From Eledone cirrhosa (Eukaryota), in NCBI GenBank assembly GCA_964016885.1, contig OZ024750.1, forward strand, positions 1,984,001 through 2,048,000: a stretch of 64,000 nt of DNA, read 5' to 3'. Position numbers and translations under genes: made by a program. The first letter of the stretch is position 1, and each line of letters starts with the position of its first letter. Below, one piece after another: positions 1-12,536 of this stretch. The notes under the pieces were generated by a model, which was not told the DNA's origin, made no database searches, and saw only the letters and a list, made by a program, of their open reading frames with translations.

Positions 1-521
1 CGATATATTTGTCTAAAACCTTCCATCATAACTTTATGTAAGAACTTTGCTATATTTCAAAAAGCAGATTAATGATGAGAGAATTAGTTATATGGTAATG
101 AAGGGGTTAATTGACAATACCTCACTCTCACAAAACTAATTTAAGGCCTTGTCAAACAAAATCAAACCCAATACTTGGTACACCAGGAAGGATGAAAGGC
201 AAAGTTGACCTCAGCAGGATTTGAACTCTGTATGTAAAGGGCCATAACTGCATGCTGCAAAGCATAGCATCCAACACTCTACTGATTCTTTCAATCCACA
301 ACCCTAAACTTAATCATATAATCAAACACTCTGCTGCCACTACCCTGTCCATTAAGATGGCAATGTTTAAGTTAGAAACAGTTAAATTTAAGATTAAAAA
401 ACATATTTTTAAAATTGTCTGAATTTGCTTTTGAAGTAATCAAAACTAATTTTAATTGAAAATTGTAACAATAATTTGTATTTTAATATTCTTTCAGAAA
501 AAAACCCCTAAAAATACTGAC

Positions 522-653
522 CACAATGAGGTGTAGTTCGGGTTCGAGTACCTATTATCTGATTGCCGTTCAGGTCGACACACCAACAGACACCTTTATG
601 GCACTGCCGTTTCTCATAATATCCATCTCTATCACAATGTGGTATAAATGTTG
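522..653 (-). CDS. SPOCK: SPOCK exon 9, thyroglobulin type-1 domain
   Basis: ATFIPHCDRDGYYEKRQCHKGVCWCVDLNGNQIIGTR...PHC; tttgtag acceptor, G|GTCAGT donor. Confidence 0.92.
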
Positions 654-3600
654 CTACAAAGAAGAAAAAATAATATTTCATAGTTTATAATTTCATGTCT
701 ATATGAACCAAGTTAAGGATATTGTTGCTGTCTTGTTTAGAAATATTCTTACAAATACAGGGAAAATACAGGGAAAATAAAGAGCAAAGCCTTAAAATGT
801 TAGGAAATTATTATCTTATTTTAAAGCTTTGAAGCAGTTTTAAAATGTTGCTAGTGAAATAATGAAGATTTAAGCTCAGAACTTGTAATAATATTCTCCT
901 AGTACAAGAGTCAGCATTCTGCAGCTCCGTTCACTAAAACTGTTGCCAACCTCTGTACTAGTACAAAGAGAAAATATTTTCTTTCATCAAATCATTTCAC
1001 TCCTCATCTCTCTTTGATGTCTGTTTTCCCTTCTAGCAAGTGTTGGGCATGTCTTCGAAGGAAACATTTGAATATTTTTAAATATCTGTGGTTCAATAAA
1101 ATAAGAAAAACATTATGGAAAAAGAAAGTTTAATTTTTCACCTGATTTCATAACAGCATCAGATCGAAGTCTTCTCAAGTGGGAATAACATGGTGGACCT
1201 AAAAGGGAAGAAAATTGAAATATTTCAGAAATATACATTTTTACGATGACTTACTGTACAAACATCACTCTTTCATAATCAGCCTACCCTCATATACTAA
1301 ACCAGATATACACAGTATTTTATTTTTATCTTTAAAGTAATATTGAAGATTACAAATTGTAAAGAATGAGAATATAATTATTTGATGTTTACACCTCTCT
1401 AAAAGACAATATGATAGGTGAGACGAATTGGTTTCAACTAAAAGTTCAGTTTTAGTCAAATTCAGCTTCCTCTTCAAGGAATTAGCTTCTTCCTTTATAT
1501 CATTCAACTGGTATTAAATTATTATACATTGTAATAGTGAAAAAAAATGGTTCTTCCACATTATCGATTCAAATTCTGCCAGTGTCACTTTTGTGTTTCA
1601 TCTTTCTGGAGTCAAAAAGGTAAGTACCAGTCAAATACTAGGGTCGATTCTGCCTCTATATCTCTTTCTCACCTCTTTTCTCTCACTCTCTTTCCTTCTC
1701 TGGAAGAAATCTGTTGTATTCAGACCTGGAGATGATTCAGCTGACAGGTTTAAAAATGCCCTTGAAACACCTTATGTCAGTACACCACCCCCACAGCGTT
1801 ATGGGGCCGTACATGCATAATTTTAGTACAATTTTTCAAATAAGCTCATTATTTTGAGAAATATTTCTTTATGAAAACAATACTTACGCACAGTAGCAAA
1901 ACAACAGCACCATTCATGCCTGGTCAGTTTGGAATCTTGGTTTCGGTCACAAGAGTCCATAAAAGGTTCCACACAAGGTTCCATTTGGTTGTTCTCAATC
2001 TTAGACAGTTCTTTCTTGTTTATATGTTTGTCACCATCAAAATCCAAACGTTTGAACTCCCAAATAATTGAACGAACACAATGACATTTACCTAAATAAA
2101 TTATTGGAAAAATGAAACAACAAATAAAATGAATAACACATTTTTAAAATACATTTTGTTGATAAAAAAAAAATTACTCAAACTAACCTGCTAATATATA
2201 TTACACATATTGTCTTCCTATTTTCCTGATCTTATTTGCACTGCCATAGTTTTAACCCTTTAGCATTTAAACCGGCCATATCCAGCCAGAATTCTCTCAC
2301 CTCTTTCTGTTCAAACCAGCCACTCATACTCATGCAGAGGTGTTGTTCTCAAAATGAATAATATCAAAATCTCATAGCTTTATTATGTGAGATAATTATG
2401 TGAGATAAAGCCTTTACCATGAAAATACAATAATAGTTTAAGGATAACACCCTTACTCTCTCCCACAAGTCACAGAGGCCTAGATAAGGGTAATGTACAC
2501 TGTGCTACCCTTTCTTCCTCCCGAACTAAACAAAAAAGAAAAGACTGGATGAAAACAAACTCTCAAAGAATCGAACTTACGTGATTTGTAGAAACTATTT
2601 AGTTCCTTCTTCACTGAAAAATGGTGCTTAGTTTTGTTTATTGCATGATGTAAGTTATAACTCGGAATCTGATAAACGGGACCACCAACTGTTTTCTTTC
2701 TGCTTTCTTTGAATTTAGCATGAAGTAGTACAAACCATCCAGTCAGGCGCTTCATGATATCTTCTAACTGTTCATGGTCACATTCTGTACAAAATAAAAC
2801 ATTACAAATTAATAACTGATTCACAGTGATTCACTCCACTGATTTCAATTGAGAAATGATAATGATGACCAAGTTTTTCTCAAGGATATTAATAGCATAA
2901 ATGGCCGGTGGATTGGCAGTATCGGTAGAGGGTCGGACGCCATGCTTTGACGCATAGAGTTACGGCCCTTGCCAGTCTGAGTTCAAATCCCGCCAAGATT
3001 AACTTTGCCTTTCATCCTTATGGGGTCGATAAAATTAAGTACCAGTAATGTACTGGAGTAATTGCTGGCCTTGTGCCAAAAGTAGAAACAATTAATAGCA
3101 TAAATTAAATTAAATGGTGACTAACAGGAATATAAATGAAGTAACAGTTTTAAATATCTGAAAGTCTATCTTAGATTTTCAGTGATGGCCAACTTTCATG
3201 CATTTAAATTTTCTTCATAGATCAAAAATTGAAAACTCATAAAAAAAAAAGCCTGAATGAATACTGCAAAGCATTCTATCCGATGTTCTAACAACCCCGA
3301 AAATCCACCACCTTTCGATAAATATAAATTTCTCTCACCTTTTTCTGTTCAAACTGGCCATAACCAGCTGCTCATGCTTATGTTAAGGTATTGTTCTCAA
3401 AATAAATATCAAAATCTCATAGATTTGATATTATGTGAGATAAAGTGTTTACTGTGAAATTACAATAGTAAATATAGAGTAATGTGAATGTTAAAGGGTT
3501 AAAACAAATAGTGTTGGGTTGTAGAACCATGGCCAGTTTCAGGTGGTTTGGTATCAAAAGGGTTAAACATGTACATCTTGAGAAGAAACTAACTCTAAGA

Positions 3601-4898
3601 CAAGAAAATTAAAATCTGAAGTTAATAAGTGAACAGTAAATAATAAATTCTCCCTACCATATCTTTTCTCTGGTTCTGTGTGTACTTTGTTCCCCTTTCT
3701 AAGTGACATCTGGAAAAAAGGGGAAATAAAGGAATCCATTTTATAAGACAGGTAGCTAATTATTTTCTAAAATACATAAATCTATAAGACTGTACACATC
3801 TCCATCTTTCATTAAGGTAAGTATGCAAGTTATAAATCTTTTAGATAGGATTTCTTCTTCTTCTTGTGCACACTGTAAAGTGGTTGGTCATAGGAAGGAC
3901 ATCCAGCTGTAGAAATCTTGCCAAACAAAGGGTTAGGAGCACCCTCAGTTGTGTCAAAGACATGACAAACTCTCCTGTGTACTTGGTGAAACGTGAGACC
4001 ATACATAAGCGAGATACAGATCTCTGGTTTGTCTGGTTCAGTACTGACTTGGTCTATGTAGACCCGTCCAACACTTTCTAGCAGGGAAAGTTTACATTAA
4101 AATGACTATGATGATATTAAGTGACTATACAGAAGCTAACTTCAATCATTGTGGAATAAGAAATACAAATTTAACTTGGAAATAAGTTTAAATATTTGGA
4201 AGCCCTACAATGCGTGTGAGATTAGAAGTGCCATGGTATGTTTATCAAACAAAACTCAACTTACAAAATAACTAACTAAATTAGTGTGATGACTCTTCGT
4301 TGGCAAAATCATAGAAGTTGAATTATTGTGAGGTTTATTATCATCAATAATCTCAGAATTATCTGTCTGGTTAGGGTTCTCAGTTAGTTCAGATACATGA
4401 AGTTCATCTTGAGAATTGTCATTATCTTCATATGATATTTCTTGTCCATTGCTGTTCAAATTAGGAAAAACTTGATTGCTGGACAATTCTAGTTTCCTCT
4501 CGGTTGGTAAACTATTTCTTCGTGGGTTTTCATCAATAGCCAAACTATTTAGTTGAAGGTTATTGGTCGCTTGGAGACGTTTTAAAAAGGTTAAACTGAA
4601 ATATATTTTGAAATAAAATTGTTTTTATTATTCAATTAAATAAACTCGAAATTACTAAATATATAACATTTACTTCTTATATATCATATACACATTTTAC
4701 AAGCAAATATATACATATATATATTATTCAAAATATTAATAAATGAAAAATATTCTCATAATCAAAATATATATTTTATTATACATATTTCAAAGGTACA
4801 ATGGTGTTTAAGAACGTTTTCATCAGATAAAATATAAGATTGGATATGCAACATACCGCTTCGGTTTTGATTATTCAATTCCAATAGTGGCAGTTCAA

Positions 4899-4932
<34 letters not shown>

Positions 4933-6281
4933 ATATCAATAAATGTATAATCTTATACATTAATATCTGTATACTAACAAGTCAGGCTTCTGCCTGCTAC
5001 TGGTACCATGTAACCCAATACATCCTGTTTCATGGTAGAGTAAACTGGACCTCCCACCAGACATTGGTCTGGTCAGGATAGGCTTCTGCCTGCTTTTGGT
5101 ACCATGTAGTCCAGTAGAACCTGCTTCATGGTCAAGTGGCCAGTGACCAAACCATCTCTCTCACCAGACCCTGGTTCTACTCAGGAAGGTAAGTGGAGTC
5201 TCAGTAAAGTTGACCTCAGCAGGATTTGAACTCATAGCCCAGAAAGCTGGAATGAATACCGCAAAACATTCCATCTGACATTCTAATGACTCAGCTAATT
5301 CAACACCTTACAAGTATTTACATTTAAATTTATGGGTATTTACAAACAGATTTCTCACCAGTTCAGTTAAAACCTGTTCTGTTTGTGTAGAGATATGAAT
5401 TTACTGTATAACATCAGCTGCTTACCACACAATTGAATATACAAATATCAGTCAATATACATAGAGAGAGAGAGAGAGAAGATGAAGTTGGAAATAGCAC
5501 GGGAGATATATTTAAGGGTTTTTTGTTTGTTTTTTATTCGTCAAAGCGACATTATTAAAAAGATAATGTTATTAAAAAAAGGGAGGGACAATTCTTTTTT
5601 GAAAATTTTTTATGAAGTATATAAAGTGTATGAGAAAATTACTGGTTTCGATGTATTAAGATCCATCTTGTCAAATTCAGTGAAAAAAGTTAATTAAAAA
5701 GGGTTGGAAGGAACAAAAAAAGGTTTAAAATTAAAATCAAAATCGAATGTTTGAGTAAAATTTCTTCCATCATGCTTTCTGAAAAGTTGGCAGAAAGCAT
5801 GATGGAAGAAATTTTACTCAAACATTCGATTTTGATTTTAATTTTAAACCTTTTTTTTGTTCCTTCCAACCCTTTTTAATTAACTTTTTTCACTGTTGAA
5901 ACTGGCTGTAACTGGTCACTCAAACTGATGTTAAGGTATTGTTCTCAAAATAAATACTTTCAAAATCTCATAGATTCGATATTATGTGAGATAATTATGT
6001 GCGGTAAAGCCTTTACCATGAAAATATAATAGTATATATAAAATAATGTGAATGCTAAAGGGTTAATACATCGAAACCGGTAATTTTCTCATACACTTTA
6101 TATACTTCATAAACAAATTTCCAAAAAAGAATTGTCCCTCTCTTTTTATAATAACATTATCGTTTCAATAATGTCAGTTTGACGAATCAAAAAAAATAAA
6201 AACCCTTAAATATATCTCCCGTGCTATTTCCAACTTCATCTTTTCTCTATACCAACTGTTTTGTATAGAACCTCTCCTCCT

Positions 6282-6322
<41 letters not shown>

Positions 6323-9300
6323 AAATTTTACATGAAGTCAATAATTATAAAGAAATTTGACATTAAGGGTTAATGCAAAATTTGATGATGGGAGAGGGTG
6401 GCACTCATGTGGGTAGAGGGTGGCACTCATGTGGGGAGAGGGGGGCACTCATGTGAGGAGAGGGGGGCACTCATGTGGGGAGAGGGGGCACTCATGTGGG
6501 GAGAGGGTGGCACTCATGTGAGGAGAGGGTGGCACTCATGTGGGTAGAGGGGGGCACTCATGTGGGGAGAGGGGGGCACTCATGTGGGGAGAGGGTGGCA
6601 CTCATGTGGGTATGTGATATGATTTCTGATTACATTACTGGTATTTTTATTTTATCGACCCCATAAGGATGAAAGGCAAAGCTAACCTCAGCAGGATTTG
6701 AACTCAGAACTTAAAGTGCTGTAACTATATGCCACTAAGCATGTTGTCTGATGCTCCACCGATACTGCCAACCCCTCTAACTTCAAAACTAGATGGAGTT
6801 ACTAGTTTATTGATGTGATGTTTGTAAATCATTCAGATATGTGTTGTTAATAAATGTTTGTTTACAAAAAGAGTCATTTTACTGAAAAATAAAACCGGCA
6901 GAGCAACTGAAGTTGTTTAAAATAAATACAGCAGTCAACAGGTTAAACATTGAATACCATAAAAAGCTACCTTCACTTCTCACCTCTCTTTAGTGTGTGG
7001 TTTCTCAACACAATGATTTCCTTGTGCATTCTCAAAACAAATATGGAAATCCTGGCAACCGTTTGGACAGTCTACAATAGAAAAATAAATCATTAATTTA
7101 TACAAAAGAAAAACATGATTATTAAACTAACAATAACCTGATTAAAAGGTCCTTGTTACCAAAGAAGTTTTATATCGAAATGATTTCTTTATTTACAATT
7201 TTAAAATGTTTCTATCTATTGAAATGCAAATAATGTCAACTATTTACTTTTTATTTTCTTCTTTTATTTATTTATTATTAATTTTTTGGGGGGTAATTTT
7301 TTTTCCTTCTTTTTTTCTTTGTAATTTTCTTTTTTTCTTCTTATTTTTCTTATTTTTCTGTGGTTGTTGGGAATTTCTGTGTCAAATGACACTTGTCTTG
7401 CAAACTAAAAAAGTTTATTTTTATAATGTTACTACATACTAGAAATAAATATATTTATTTTTCTCACAACTTACTCTACAAAAACTAATTTGACATATTT
7501 GTTTTTCTGTTTCTTTTTGGGGAAGTTTTTGTGGTTTTTTCTTTTTCTTCTCAAAACAACAAATGGCATTTAATTCCTTATTCAATTGTCTGCCAGTTGA
7601 GTGATCAACTACTTCCTGTGATGAACTTTCGCAGTTTAAATCAAATCTATTATCACAAATCTATCAAATTTGACCAATTAACTTTTAAAACACATCTCTG
7701 ACTTTTCTCCAGAAACAGAAAGTACTGTTTATGAACTTCAGCTAAATTATATGACTTACCATATATACTCGAATATAAGTTGACCCCCATCCCTTATGTT
7801 ATTTCTGATAAATAGACAAAAATCCAGATGCAGCTACTCAACACATTGTTTAGATGGTATATATAACCAACCTCCCATTTTACCCTCCCAAAAAAACACT
7901 TATAAGATAATAAAATAAAAAGTAATTTACCTATTGAATTTTTCAACTTGGAGTTGGTCAAACCTGATAGTTCGTTTGAATCAGAGTGCTACAACAAAAT
8001 AAAAATTAATTTCAACAAATCTTTATTCAATGAATTTTTATTTTTTATTTTTTTCAATATATAAATTTTTAATAATTGTTTCTACTTTTGGTACAAGGCC
8101 AACAATTATCCAAGTGTATTACTGTTACTTTATCGACCCCGTAAGGATGAAAGGCAAAGTTAACCTCGGTGGGATTTGAACTCAGATTATAAAGGGCCGT
8201 AACTCTATCCGTCAAAGCATGGCATCCGACTCTCTACCGATACTGCCAATCCATTGCCCTTTACCCTTCCCAAAAATCGTTGGCCCTGTGCTTAAATCAG
8301 AAACCATTGTTTGTGTTTATATTTTCATTCTGTAAGAAGTATTTAATAAGAAATAAAGACCATAATCTGTATCTTATTCTGGATACTATACTTTCAGAGT
8401 ACCCATCCCTATAGTTAACTGAATAATCTAGTTAACAGAAGCTGTCAAATAATTTCAGGGAAGTCCAGAGTATTTGAAAGAATGACTATTATGTGTGCTC
8501 TAACTACTAACATCTGCAAGATATGAAGTCTTCATTTTTTTTCCTTGACAGCTATCAGTGATTTCACAACATTCTGCAAACATATTTGATGAACAGTATA
8601 GAATTGCTCTCGACACCTACCTGTGTGATAAATTCCTAACTCGTTACTACCTCACGCGTTGTTGAGTACACCCTTCTACATACTTTGCACATCTCTCAGA
8701 AGAAAGCCATTCACTATACTTATTGTTTTGTTTTGTGTCATCATGTTGTTGTCTAAGAAAATGTTATTAACACTTTCGATAGCAACCTGTCTAAATCTGC
8801 CTCTGCTTCTATCAAACAAAACTTCCTATTTTAATGAGTTTGTATCTTAAATTAAAGTTTTCCAACCTAATTTTATATAAGAACTACATCTTAAGATATG
8901 TCGCCATAATGGGGGTTCCTCTGAAGGCTCTTTGGAGTAATGTTACTCGATACAATCAACCCCAGTACATTACTGGTACTTTATTTTATCGACCCATCAA
9001 TGATGAAAGGCAAAGTTAACTTCGGCGGATGATTATCAATTAGATATTTGTGGGTTATTTGTGTCATACGTATGTATATGAATATGTGTGTGTATGTGTA
9101 TGTATGTGTATGTACATGATGTGTGTGTATGTGTATGTACATGATGGTGTGTGTGCATGGGTGTGTTGGCACCATTCCTGTTTATTACGGTGTTAAGCAA
9201 TAACAACAACAACTCTGACAATACAGAACAAATTGGCTGCAATTGATTCAAACAAAATAATTGCAGTAGATTTGAACAAGAGATAGTTTGTTAATACAGT

Positions 9301-11455
9301 TAACTTCATCTGCTAAGGAGAGATGAGGAATCTGACATTTATCAACTGGTTTAAACATCTTTCTCTCTCTTCATCAGATTCCTCTTCTTTCTCATGAACT
9401 TACTAAAAGAAAAATGTCTTTCCCTCATACTCATTTGACTATCCCAATACTTATTACATTATGTTGAGGTCTGCTAAATCTTTTCTTAACAATCTAAGCC
9501 ATGTTTAACCTTGTGAGGTTCAAGCTCCTCATAAAATCTATCTTTCATCACTTCTCATGTCATGTCCTCAGCAGATTAACCCTTTCATAACCATATTTCT
9601 AATGATATACACTCTATTTCAATCAGTTAATGAAGAATTTCGACCGATTTACTCAAATTATTACCAATACTCATTGTAAAGTGGTGTTGTTTCTACATTA
9701 AAATGCACCCAGTACACTCTGTAAAGTGGTTGAAACCTAGAAGGGCATCCAGCTGTAGAAAGTACGTCATGCCAAAATATAGAGTGTACAAGCAAGGTAT
9801 AGAAGGTGTACGATTCTGTCACAGATTGTGACAACCCATCCAATTCATGCCAGTATGGAAAGTAGATGGGAAATGATGATGGTGGTGGTGGTGGTGATAA
9901 AGATGATGAAGATGATGGTGGTGGTGGTGATGGTGGTGGTGGTGATGATGGTGATGAAGATGATGATGGTAGTGGTGGTGGTGGTGGGTGTAGTGATGAT
10001 AATGATGATGATGGTAGTAGTAGTGGTGGTGGTGGTGGTAATCTTTCTAGGTTGTCTCTATTAATTATCTTAAAAAACCAGGATTAGTCGTTTAGTTTAC
10101 ATATTGAGACCCCCCCCCCTCAACCCATCCTATTTATTTTATAACGTTTGGGATTTCTAGTAATGTATAATACATTGTTGTCATATATAATGTTTTTTAA
10201 TGTCTAAAGAAAATTAATTATTGCAGGAATGCTACCACTTTAAATAAAATTTCTCTGGAGATAGATTAGCAAAATTTAATAAGGAGGGGGGGGAGCCCGG
10301 GGGGTGGTGGCTTGGAAAAAATCTGGAAAAATTAATAATCGAAGGGGTGGGGGCGATTATTCGAGACTCGCGAGTATTTATTTATTTACAGTGTTCTGGG
10401 ACTGTAGGGAGGAGATGTGGTATTTTCTCCTGCAGGGAATATATAAGGTAGAGTAAGTGAAAACGTAGCATATTCTAACACCCGCCACCACAACTTAATA
10501 CCACAACTGATGTTTCGTTATAGACCAGAAGATATTTCTACTATTACATTGTTAAAGTGAGACTAACGAGAAACAAGAGAGAGAACGATCACAAGATAAA
10601 AATGGATATAGTCCAACCTATTGATTAATCGTCTACTGTAGATTTTCGCATCGAACGGTGGGGGTAGTTGGGATGGAATTTTCCGGCATTTGACACGTTA
10701 AATAGAAGAAACTCTTCCTCGTGATTACAAATTTTTTTTTTAATTTTGAATCGTTATTTTTTTTTTAAATTCCTTTTTTTTCCTCATCTTCTTAGAAATG
10801 TAAAGATTTAATGCTACCTGCTTTATTGTCATATATAAGATTAAATAGAAGTACATACATATAATCAATTAATTTTAATTATTGCTAGGAACCTTATAAA
10901 TATAATATATTATTGATTTCTTGGATAAACCCAGGGCTTAGCATAGTTAAGGAAGGCAGAAATGAGATGTTGTGGTATTCATGCCTTTCCTCCTAGCTAA
11001 CGGAATATATCACAACTAATATAGGCTTGACTGACTAAAGCTAAATAACGAAGGAGGAAATGAGATGTTGTGGCATTCATGCCTTTCCCCTTAGCTAACG
11101 GAATACATCACAACAACTAATATAGGCTTGACTGACTGAAGCTAAATAAGGAAGGAGAGAAGAAAGAAATTAGCAAGAGTGACTCTCATCTCAAAAGTGA
11201 AAGAAATAATATAAACAGAAGCAGAGCGAATGAATGGATGCTATCATAACAATATTATAGATATAAATAGTGAAATGTATTATGAAAGAAATAAAACAGA
11301 GAAATATATATATCTATATTTTTTTTACGCATATATACAGACTGGAATGGTATTTAAACTGAGTTTATAAAGATTGTTGATAATATACCGATAAACAGTA
11401 GCGAGCAGGGTGTATAGAAATTTAGAACCCGCATATATATATATATGTGTGTGTG

Positions 11456-11490
<35 letters not shown>

Positions 11491-11718
11491 GTAGTAAAGT
11501 GTCAAAGAAGTAACTAATAGGGGTAGAATTATCTTTTTTTTAAGTAAATACTAATCTTTTTACCAGGATCATAATCTCGAGAACGACATAATGTTTACCT
11601 GCAGTCATTTCAATTATAAACATTTATTACCGTGTTGTTTAGCCCCGGGCTAACGTTTATTCGGCAGATGTAAGATCAAGACTTTTATCTACACAGTGTA
11701 CCCTAGGACTGCATTATG

Positions 11719-11752
<34 letters not shown>

Positions 11753-12536
11753 GGTGTCTTCAAAGAATGTATACATACTTCAACTGCATTCTAATAAATG
11801 TGTGTATATATGTATATATATGTATATATATTCGGGGCACACTCTGTATATATATGTATGTGTGCGTGTGTAGATTCTCGAGTTGTGTCGGAGGGGGGGG
11901 GGGGGGGCACAGATAAAAAAAAAGGTACTCAATACATTGGTAGAGTATAGTCATTTTTATTATATACAGAAATGACTTCTACAGGACTAGGACTGTTTCA
12001 TTCGCATGAAATTATCAGGAATGGTAAGTGTGTATGTGTGCAATTGTTTTTTTTTTTTCAAGTGATATACGTGTACGGCAATTATCAATTTAAACCAGGA
12101 TAGACCTCAATGGGGATTTAGAATTTATAGAAGAATGAGATTATGTGGCATTCAAGCCTTTCTCTGAAAAACATTAACATACCTTCAGTTCCCTGACAGG
12201 TTGATTATGGGACAAGTTCTCCCGTAAACTGTCGGTCCGTGTTATGATATCATCTTCCTCTTCTTTGCTACTTTGGCCGTCTGCAGATGACAATGGGTCC
12301 TTCTCGTGCACTGACAATAATTGAACTCCATTGTAATGGTCGGGTTTCTTTTCAATTTTTCTATCGGCGACAGCGAACACAACCGGCAGATTTTGTTGTT
12401 GCTCTTGTTGTTTTTGTTGATGCTGGTGATGATGGTGGTGATGACGAGCAGTAAGTGACCGTTTAAAGCTTTCGGCCATCACCACACTCACTGAACAAAT
12501 TGTCACTAAAAAACACAATTGTTGTATATGTTGCAT
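522..12536 (-). CDS. SPOCK: Testican/SPOCK (Cow-like) secreted proteoglycan; spliced gene, 9 coding exons in window, 3' end beyond the left edge
   Basis: Exons 12536-12183, 7988-7931, 7071-6984, 4595-4265, 3709-3658, 2784-2581, 2091-1888, 1198-1142, 653-522, all GT-AG with compatible phases (0,1,2,0,1,1,1,1). Signal peptide; C-x3-C-x5-C-x8-C motif; CDHEQLEDIMKRLTGWF; WEFKRLDFDGD..EL..EPCVEPFMDSCD.N.D..L...EWCCCF (SPARC EC/EF-hand); FIPHCDRDGYY..RQC...CWCVD..G (thyroglobulin-1). Confidence 0.88.
1142..1198 (-). CDS. SPOCK: SPOCK exon 8, start of thyroglobulin-1 domain (RPPCYSHLRR)
   Basis: cccttttag acceptor, G|GTGAAA donor, PPC motif. Confidence 0.8.
1888..2091 (-). CDS. SPOCK: SPOCK exon 7, EF-hand pair of EC domain
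   Basis: CHCVRSIIWEFKRLDFDGDKHINKKEL...CDRNQDSKLTRHEWCCCF; atttag acceptor, GTAAGT donor. Confidence 0.92.
2581..2784 (-). CDS. SPOCK: SPOCK exon 6, start of EC domain
   Basis: ECDHEQLEDIMKRLTGWFVLLH; gtacag acceptor, C|GTAAGT donor. Confidence 0.88.
2903..3092 (+). mobile_element. tRNA-derived SINE with Deu/Nin-like core (family A, representative copy)
   Basis: A-box-like TGGCAGTATCGG, B-box GAGTTCAAATCC, core TTTGCCTTTCATCCT..GGGGTCGATAAAAT.AAGTACCAG, tail GTGCCAAAAGTAGAAACAATT; more than 20 full or partial copies in window. Confidence 0.85.
3658..3709 (-). CDS. SPOCK: SPOCK exon 5 (MSLRKGNKVHTEPEKRY)
   Basis: ttttttccag acceptor, G|GTAGGG donor, phase 0->1 needed to join exon 6. Confidence 0.65.
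4265..4595 (-). CDS. SPOCK: SPOCK exon 4, acidic Asn/Ser-rich linker
   Basis: tttcag acceptor, open frame matching ORF 4256..4543, GTAAGT donor (alternative in-phase GTTAGT donor 12 nt earlier). Confidence 0.7.
5478..6245. repeat. Long inverted repeat / fold-back in SPOCK intron 3
   Basis: Inner arms 5678-5781 and 5791-5895; outer arms 5481-5659 and 6063-6240. Confidence 0.9.
6390..6610 (+). repeat. 22-bp G-rich minisatellite, about 10 copies
   Basis: GGGAGAGGG(T/G)GGCACTCATGTG. Confidence 0.9.
6984..7071 (-). CDS. SPOCK: SPOCK exon 3, follistatin-N-like Cys motif (DCPNGCQDFHICFENAQGNHCVEK)
   Basis: ttgtag acceptor, AG|GTGAGA donor, four spaced Cys, phase 1->2. Confidence 0.75.
7931..7988 (-). 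CDS. SPOCK: SPOCK exon 2 (HSDSNELSGLTNSKLKNSI)
   Basis: ttgttgtag acceptor, G|GTAAAT donor, phase 0->1 bridges exons 1 and 3. Confidence 0.65.
8075..8260 (-). mobile_element. SINE family A copy
   Basis: Reverse complement of the 2903-3092 consensus. Confidence 0.8.
10959..11157 (+). repeat. ~100-bp direct tandem duplication
   Basis: GAAATGAGATGTTGTGG...GCTAAATAA.GAAGGAG occurs twice. Confidence 0.85.
11750..11846. mobile_element. Tiny (~90 bp) Tc1/mariner-type MITE in (TA)n
   Basis: TA|CAG(G/A)GTGTC...CAC(T/C)CTG termini; relatives at 20892-20976 and 58557-58647. Confidence 0.6.
12183..12536 (-). CDS. SPOCK: SPOCK exon 1: signal peptide plus His/Gln-rich N-terminus
   Basis: ATG at 12536, hydrophobic MQHIQQLCFLVTICSVSVVMA, donor AAG|GTATGT (phase 0). 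Confidence 0.8.

Noticed and set aside
2903-2995. tRNA gene
   Set aside because: The A/B boxes belong to multi-copy SINE heads followed by SINE core and tail; no cloverleaf can be drawn.
4983-5190. Missing SPOCK Kazal exon
   Set aside because: It is a degenerate ~96-bp two-copy tandem repeat with no Kazal Cys pattern visible.
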